Shown one piece after another: positions 53,501-64,000 of a stretch of DNA of 64,000 bases. Made by a program: the position numbers and the translations under genes. Position 1 is the stretch's first letter, and the number at the start of each line of letters is the position of its first letter. Origin of the DNA: Trichosphaerium sp. ATCC 40318 (taxonomy: Eukaryota > Protista > Tubulinea). The notes under the pieces are model-generated. The model worked only from the letters and a program-made list of their open reading frames with translations. It made no database searches and had not been told where the DNA came from. The stretch covers positions 62,001 through 126,000 of the forward strand of contig JALMLS010000605.1 of assembly GCA_038496445.1 (NCBI GenBank), in the 5' to 3' direction.

Positions 53501-53846
53501 GTTTTTTTTTTTTTTTTGGAATTACGCGTCAAATATCACGTGATTAATAAAGATACTAGGATTGACGATATTGGCTCTTTTCTTTCAGAAAATATTTCTG
53601 ATCAAAGGGTTATTGATTGACAGCACTTCCTTTGGAGGATCAAATGATGAAATACCACCTAGCGTCGAAGTTAATCTACGTGGATCTAATATGGCCTCTG
53701 ATACATCAAAGGAAGAATATGAGAAGCTACTGGAAAAGAAGAATGCAAAGATCAGAAATCTAAGAAGGAAGCTACGGAGCTTAAAGTCTGAGATGAGTGA
53801 CAGTAAAATGCTCGTAACTGAAACTGAAACTGAAAATGATGATTGA
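50567..53846 (+). CDS. Class C (GABA-B-like/Grl-type) G-protein-coupled receptor
   Basis: Signal peptide, periplasmic-binding-protein-like ectodomain (YQTFIGPHSWD), 7TM with GSLFAKSLRI and LNESKVIAFSLYNV, coiled-coil tail. Confidence 0.88.
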
Positions 53847-54221
53847 CATTCAAGATTTAGATAAATGTATGTATTATTTTACTATGTATCTTGTTTAATC
53901 AACGTTTCTTCATTTACATGGAAAAGTACTCGAATGACATTGCACTTTTTACAAGACAATTTTTCAAAAAACTGTTGACTTTTCAATTTGTTTTTAATTC
54001 ACTTCAACGATGATTAAGATGTATATGTACAAGGGGGGTAAAAATACAAAAAACAGAGATGCTACAAACCGCATATGATTGGATTTTTTTTTGCCAGAGT
54101 CCTATCTCAGTGGTTTTTTCTTCAAAAACACAAAAGCGGGTCATCTGCTTTTTTTTCTTTTCCTTTTTTTTTCCTTTAATCATCGGCGAGTAAGTAATGA
54201 CGTAGTTGTCGTCTAAAATGA

Positions 54222-57160
<2,939 letters not shown>

Positions 57161-57558
57161 TTTTCCGGAGTAGCTGATGTGTTGCCTTTATTTAGGATTG
57201 TTCCTTATATTCTTGATTTCGTCCTTAAGCATGACAACTGTGGGCTGTAAACTAGAAGTAATTCCGAAAATATAGAACCACAAGGGTAGCCTGCAGTGGC
57301 TTGTATTCACGACTTGGCGTCCACTTAAGCACTTTTGTTGTTGAACAAGCGGACATTTCGATAAAACGAAATTTCGCTACTCCGGGAACAACTTTAATCA
57401 GCCCGGGCTTTGAAGAATACTTAGGCTTGATATTTACTAGTTGACAAAAAATCTATGTAATATTACAAAACAATTCGATACGTACAAACTTAGTTTGTGA
57501 GTATTTCAGGAAGTAGTAAAATAGTAAACTAGTTTGTTTTTTTTCTTCAGCTGCTTCC

Positions 57559-59661
57559 TTAGGTGCAGTCTGTTTCGCATCCGCTTGTAACTGCTGTGTT
57601 ATCAACACAACAAAAATCACTACCAGAACCACCGCTTACGTCACCAGTAAAAGGAGAGCGTGTATACATTGTAGCAGTGATGAAATCGTCTCCGGCATTT
57701 CCTTGAATAGCTTCTGAACTTCGCCATGAACTCACAGAAATCTCGTCATTACCTGCACCTCCTTGCAACAGGTCGAACTCAGAGGACATCACTGATATGC
57801 AATCATTACCGCTCTCGCCTAGATGATACAAGTTACTTTGATAATGAAAAGTTTAAGCGAATAAGGAACCTTTAATTTCCTCCACTGCCATCACGTTTTT
57901 AATTGTAATGGTATCACTGCCTGCTCCTCCTAAAATATCTCCAAGGTGACCTTCTGGCACACCTGGGTTATTACCTAAAACAATCTGTCACGTGCGCCTT
58001 TAAAAAACCCAAAAGTGGTAATATTTATATCACTAGTTATGTCGTACGTGTTACGCCAGGTTTTGGGTTACCGTCAATTGAGAAACAATCATCGCCTGCA
58101 TCGCCATCGATTTGCCCAAACCTGAGACAAAATGATGAATAAATTTACGCACTATTGCTGTCGGTTTTACCTGCTGTTACCATCAGCATCACTGTCCGTA
58201 TTGTACAAGGATACGTAGTCATCACCATTACCCATTCTTACAATATGGATTGACGCAGAATCAGATTCTATACAGTCATTGCCGTTACCTGAAAAGCAAT
58301 TGTTTAGAATGTAGTAATTCATTGAGAAAAAGTTGAGACTACTGGTTACATACCCATTACAATATTGTCGGACACGTGTGCACCTGATTGTATGAATACA
58401 CAATCGTCTCCGTTTCTCATCTGTATTCTGTTTGTTACAGTTGCTCCCTCTTCTATCAAGACACAATCCGTCCCTGAAGTACCATCTATACGTCCTGTCA
58501 TACGAGCATTCTGTCCTACAATCACACAAGATCCACTGTAATTAACTTTCGATACACCAATTAGAAATAGAACTCCAACCTCTTAGAGACGCACTTGTCA
58601 TCCTTGATGAAATTCTAAAGCATCCTGTTGCGAATCTACTCTCACAAGTAGTACGACACGCGCAATTACAACTTCCAGTATTGCCACAAACTGATGTTGG
58701 TACAACGGTGGTTGGTGCTTCAGTCGTTGGTGGTGGTGTTGGTACCACAAAGCTATCCTAGTTGATAAATAAGACTGAGGCCTTCTCAAAGGTATTTTAG
58801 AACTCACATCGCTAATGACAATATCATCAAGTCCTGTTAAGAATATGTATGTTAGTAACCCATAATTTTCATTTAATGTTGAAGTGTTTTGTAAAAAAAC
58901 TTTGAAGATTGTTTTTAGGTCATCAATTAACACAAAGCGTAACTGTAAAGTATTGGAGTCTGTGTTGTTATTTCAACAGAATTAAAAGGTTCTTCTCCTT
59001 GGTCAATACAAAATTGATGGTAAGACCCGAAGAAACGACCGCCGCTTGTAGTTGTAACTGTCTGTGCTTCTCCGACATCTCGTCTAAACGTGACTATAAG
59101 TGGTACTTCCAGATCAACAGCTTTATCCCGAAAATAATTAGTAAATAAGGCTTTGAACTATGAAGGGTACCAGAGAACCCTATGCACGTGGTTGGTGATG
59201 GTAAGTCGATTATCGTCACTTCAGTGTCGGCATTAGACTTGACCAATGCTGTCGGCATAGATGTAGCCATAGGCAGGGTATTTGGTAGTATAACAGTCCG
59301 TATAGATCCTGTTATTTCTCCAACTGCCGTATCGAAAGGAGGCATTTGGCCATTTGTAAAAGCTGAAAAGTCTTCCGTTACACCTTTTGGTTGACGTCAA
59401 TAATCACGAAAAGACACTAACATATTTATAATGAACCTAAACCGGCTAGAAACATCTGAAAGTCGTCACGCGCTTCATTTGTGTTTGTGAATACGCCTTG
59501 GGTCAGTAAGGAGTCTGTGTCGCTCGTAGTATACGTTATAGCGTCAATGGTGTGAAGGTAGCATAAAAATAGTATAACTAACTTCGTGCAGCGCCCTGGT
59601 ATTACGTAGACTTAGAAATAGTAAATATCACGTGTTTAAACGTACAATTTTTAAAAGGCAT
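57559..59661 (-). CDS. Secreted protein with Cys-rich segment and RTX-type (GGxGxD) calcium-binding repeats
   Basis: Signal-like N-terminus; PTPPPTTEAP linker; GNGNDCI, GDAGDDCF, GGAGSDTI, GESGNDCI, GGAGNDEI, GNAGDDFI, GGSGSDFC; ends ..SGCETDCT*. Confidence 0.8.
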
Positions 59662-60963
59662 GTTCTATTTTTCTTTGTAGCGTTAATACCTTGATTATAG
59701 TACCACTACAGGCAATATTTATAAGGTGCACAACTCGATGTACCACGGAAAGGTGATAATTGGAATTGTCTTGTACTTTCTGGTGAAACTCAAAAAAAAA
59801 AAGATTCAAAAAGGAATAGTCTTAACTTGTGACCTCAGTTCAAAGCAAGCATACCGCGTTTTAAATGGTACTGTAGGAACTTGCCCCAAGCTTTAAGAGC
59901 TGTTTCCGAGGGTTGAACGTCAAGTGTATTTCGCTTTGCAATTGGTTCGTGATTTCTCACCTTGTTTCATTTTATTTAGTTACTACTTTGGATATCACGT
60001 TTTTGTTGACCAGTTGCGCAACGACGAACTTCTATAAAGACAGTATTTATTGTAGTGCAAATTCCACTATCAAAATAAGAGTAAAGAAAAAAGTGTCAGT
60101 CTGAGCGTTGATTTATAAACTGAAATCTCCTTTATGCTTTCCTACTAAATTCTCACCTGCCCACATCTTTATCTTCAAATAGTGTTAAGAAAACCTCTTC
60201 TATGGGTATTATGACAGGCCTCCATCCTCAAACTAACCATTAGCTGAACATCAAAAGAACATGGAAAAAACTGCAAAAAAATTGTTGAAGTAGCATGAAT
60301 CAATCTGGTTTCACTTGGTGGCATTTTTTCGAGGGAGATTTTGCGTATGGTACAGCTATGATGTTTTACGTATGCACCCTTCTTCCATACTGGGGTGTAA
60401 AAGATAACTCACCAAGTGTGCTTTACTATCTCTAAACAAAGCGTAAATACCAACAACTTATTTCATTTGAAAGCTCCATTCTCAATTTTGAGTTCCAGTC
60501 TTAAACAAGGTGGTTTGATACATAGAGCTACTATTGAAACGTCAGCTTTATCATGCATTGGTCTGTAAACCCAAAACTGTTCAATTTGACTCCAACTCTT
60601 TTTTGCCGATAAATAGTTCCTGTAGTTGTTTTTGAGCAATACGTCATATTGGCGTCAAATAAGAAACTGTTGTCACATTATGTTTTGATCGGATGACGGC
60701 ATAATCATTGGCAACACTGCTACATACACAGCACGTGTCTTGCAAATGACATCGGAGTTGTTTGTTGTGACATTTTGACAAAATGAATTCATTAAAACGC
60801 ACTGAGATATTGTTGCCTCAGATGTTCTAAAGATCTTCGTGATTTTCGTGCACAATGTTTAGCTCACACAAACAAAGAAAGTTTTGACAACGCTATAGGA
60901 GGCAACTTAAAATAAAGAAGAATAAAATAAGAAACACTTAAACCCCCATTCTATTCCTGTTCC

Positions 60964-62187
60964 TCAACCTCCCTCCATTTACCGAATTTAATCATCTTTT
61001 TACCAAAGTCGCAGTGCATAAATTCGTCATCATCCATATACCCAGGACAAATAAACATGGCTATCAAAGTATGAGAACCAGTACATTGTAAAAATTGAAT
61101 ATGATAGCTTACAGTGTTCAAACTTTAGTCTTCCACCACCACATTCTGGGCACCTTGGAAGAGGTCCAAGAGCCTTTCCTGCTGCTACACGATCTATAAG
61201 AACACTCTTATTACCACCTATGGTTTGATCGTTCGCTCTACAAGCCATGTAAACAGTTGGACAATAAAAAATACTTCAGAAAAAACCAAAGTACCTGCAC
61301 ATTGCTTTCAATGATGCAACACTCTCGCTTTTAAGTTCAGTGAGCAATTTTTTGTATTTTTTCTTTTGTGAAGCATTCATCAAATCAATAAGTTTCAAAT
61401 CAGCCTTCTTCTTCTTCGGTGGTTCGCCAGTTTGTTCGTTGGAAAAATGAAACAGCAATCCCAAAACATGCTTACACTTGCCAACGAAATTGTCACCTGC
61501 TGGGCACGTGCATTCGCCTTTCCAGCTTGCATCCTGGATCACTTTAAGTTAACGTTGTAGATGGGGTTCGGGAGGCGTACATCTTGGTCTATTACGACTG
61601 AAAGCTCGTAGGTCTTGTTCTTTGAACCTTTACAATCAGCAGTAAGTGTAACCTCCGAATCCTCAGCTGTGAACAGGCAAATAATCAATAAAAGTGCTGT
61701 AAATTTACAATAGAGTATGGCAAATCTGTTTAGGTGCATATTGGGCACCCTTTGAAACGATCTTTTTTACGAAAAAGCACAACTTCCTGTAAAAGCAATT
61801 GTACCTTCAATATCGATGTTAAACAACTTCCCTTGGCGCCAAAGCTCTAATCCGCGTACGTAGCGTCCTTTTCCGCCCTGTTTCAATAAATCCTTCATAG
61901 ATGGAACGTTATACGTTGTGGTGCTCTTTTTAGTACTCTTGGACTTCTTTGAAGGCTTAGCAGCGGTATTTGTTCGTTTTCGCTTCTTAGTTGTTTTTTT
62001 CTTTGGTTTAGAGTCCTCGTCATCAAGAGCTTCCTCTAGTCGCTCAACGAGAACAGCTTTTTTACCCTGACAACATTTGTGACACTTTACAAAACAAGAA
62101 AAGAGACAATACCTTTGTATCTAGTCCACGATCGCGTAATTCCTTTCTTAGGTCAACAACACGTAATGAACTCGGGTCTAGTGACAT
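60964..62187 (-). CDS. SAP - SWIM - SAP/PADR1 (PARP1 Zn3-like) domain protein
   Basis: SSLRVVDLRKELRDRGLDTKGKKAVLVERL (SAP); CTCPAG..KCKHV (SWIM); LKAMCRANDQTIGGNKSVLIDRVAAGKALGPLPRCPECGGGRL..ICPGYMDDDEFMHC (PADR1). Confidence 0.88.
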
Positions 62188-62460
62188 GATTAAACGGTAT
62201 TTATCAGTTTTGGTTTATCACTAATGCACGCATTTTCAATATTTTTCAAGGCAAAAATAATGGCTCGATGCCACCGTCCGCAGTTGTTGTGAACGTAGAG
62301 TTGCAGCAGTAATACTGCTAGGACCTTGTTTGTCCGGGCAATTCTTTGGGTTGTGTGACTCTGGGATAGCGATACAGTCCGCAATCTCAAATACGTTTCT
62401 AGTTTTGTCAGAATGTGTAGCTCTTTAACTCGAGCATTCATTGATTGATATTCTGAAAAT

Positions 62461-62767
62461 TGAACGGCAAAACCACAATAAAATTATGTGCATGTTGAAC
62501 AAACGAATTTGTATTTCAACCGAATACTTACGTACCTGACTCGTTGTCACTGTGATCAAGTAGGCAGTGGCAATACATTGGCACAGCCCGCATTGCACAT
62601 TGTGCGTTGGTGGCCTTTGTAAGAGAATCCAATACGGGTTCCTCTGGAGTTCAATTTTTGCTAGTTGGCACTGCGCCAGTCGCAGTGTCAGACCCAACAA
62701 TAAAGAAAAAATACCCAAACTATCTTTTATCCATGTCTCGTTATTCAGCTTGGCAAGAACAATAGTA
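62461..62767. repeat. Inverted repeat, left arm (about 0.3 kb)
   Basis: Reverse complement of 63478-63786; near-identical ORFs 62425-62718(-) and 63528-63854(+). Confidence 0.95.
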
Positions 62768-63477
62768 TGTACATGTTAACTTGTACGCTTTGCTTGTGTA
62801 TCACTTTATTGTAAGTCGTTTAACTCAGCCGTTCATTTACAATCACGAAGTAAAAGTGTATTGCAAGTGGTTCCGAGAGCGTTTAAAAACGCTTTCAAAT
62901 CATATTGAATCAAATCCGTATTTTCATAGCTGCCGGTTATCGACTTAACTGGTAATGCCAATTCGAGATGGTTATGGTAACAATGAAAGTTGTTGGCGTC
63001 ATTGGAAGCCTCCAGGACGCTTTTTTCATCCAAACCACTCTCATACACTTTAAAAACAAAGTTCTAGTTGAGTAAAAGTGACAAACTAGTTTTATTTTGC
63101 TTTGTTTTTTTTGAACTGAAATACACGAAACAAGCATCAAAGTGATATCACTTGTTCAATAAGATAAGTCGCACCTGTTTAAGATTTGTTGCTCTTATGC
63201 CACGTGAGTACTTTCCGACCTAATGTCCAACCATTAATATCCTGACATTCGACAAATAATAAATGCAACTTGTAAATTGAATTACCAAAAACTTAACCGC
63301 CACGACATAACATTACAACATTTGCTACGCTCTCATAGCCGATAAGTCTTAAACGTCGTTAACCCCGAATTGCACAATTCCCACACCGCCTTTTTTAGAG
63401 ATTTACGTCGTCATTTAATAAAAAATCGATGATTTCACAGAGCATGTTTCAGAAATAAACGATCAACTTAGAAATTT

Positions 63478-63786
63478 ATACCATTGTTATTGCCAAGCTG
63501 AATAACGAGACATGGATAAAAGATAGTTTGGGTATTTTTTCTTTATTGTTGGGTCTGACACTGCGACTGGCGCAGTGCCAACTAGCAAAAATTGAACTCC
63601 AGAGGAACCCGTATTGGATTCTCTTACAAAGGCCACCAACGCACAATGTGCAATGCGGGCTGTGCCAATGTATTGCCACTGCCTACTTGATCACAGTGAC
63701 AACGAGTCAGGTACGTAAGTATTCGGTTGAAATACAAATTCGTTTGTCCAACATGCACACAATTTTATTGTGGTTTTACCGTTCAT
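63478..63786. repeat. Inverted repeat, right arm (about 0.3 kb)
   Basis: Reverse complement of 62461-62767, with a few substitutions only at the edges. Confidence 0.95.
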
Positions 63787-64000
63787 CTCACACAATAGCC
63801 ATCAAAGCGGACAAAACACCATTATATGGCCCTTGCGCATATCGCGCTCATTGAAGGTACTCGTTTCTTGTGTTGCGCCACTAACTTTGTATAAAACCGC
63901 CTTTTGATGGTATATTACTTCATAAAGCTCCTATAGAAATCATTTATATACTTCGAGCCGTTTCTTTGCTATTTCTCCATAGCAACATTCAAACACGTAA

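Noticed and set aside
60100-60860. Possible degenerate minus-strand coding sequence
   Set aside because: Multiple stops and no identifiable family

Overview
AT-rich (roughly 36-37% GC by eye), extremely gene-dense eukaryotic genomic DNA. It holds about 26 protein-coding genes broken by many short (mostly 35-110 nt) GT-AG spliceosomal introns with GTACG/GTAAG/GTGCG donors, so the ORF track shows only exon fragments. The standard genetic code fits. Gene content (Grl-like class C GPCR, longin VAMP7 with a luminal tail, AdkB-type adenylate kinase, IQ-RhoGEF, ArfGAP, CNNM) suggests a free-living protist, probably an amoebozoan (inference). Recognisable genes: serine beta-lactamase-like hydrolase, mitochondrial adenylate kinase, C-type lectin, histidine phosphatase, MPP6, DDRGK1, two SWIM proteins, an inactive rhomboid, F-box proteins, CRAL-TRIO, glycine cleavage T protein, EMC10, a mucin, RhoGEF, VAMP7, CNNM, a bacterial-type metalloprotease, UBX, a class C GPCR, PH-ArfGAP and an RTX-repeat protein. 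The most unusual signals concern genome architecture. (1) The palindrome CACGTG is strongly over-represented, mostly inside introns. (2) There are tiny exons, including a 2-nt microexon required for the DDRGK1 frame. (3) Head-to-head genes lie 39-60 bp apart and one tandem pair only 18 bp apart. (4) Several bacterial-like genes are present, from intronless to heavily intronised. (5) There are decaying F-box/MORN genes, a SAP-SWIM-PADR1 protein, a 0.62 kb direct duplication around a transposon-end-like insert, and a 0.3 kb inverted repeat. Exon boundaries were inferred by hand and family assignments come from remembered motifs, not database searches.
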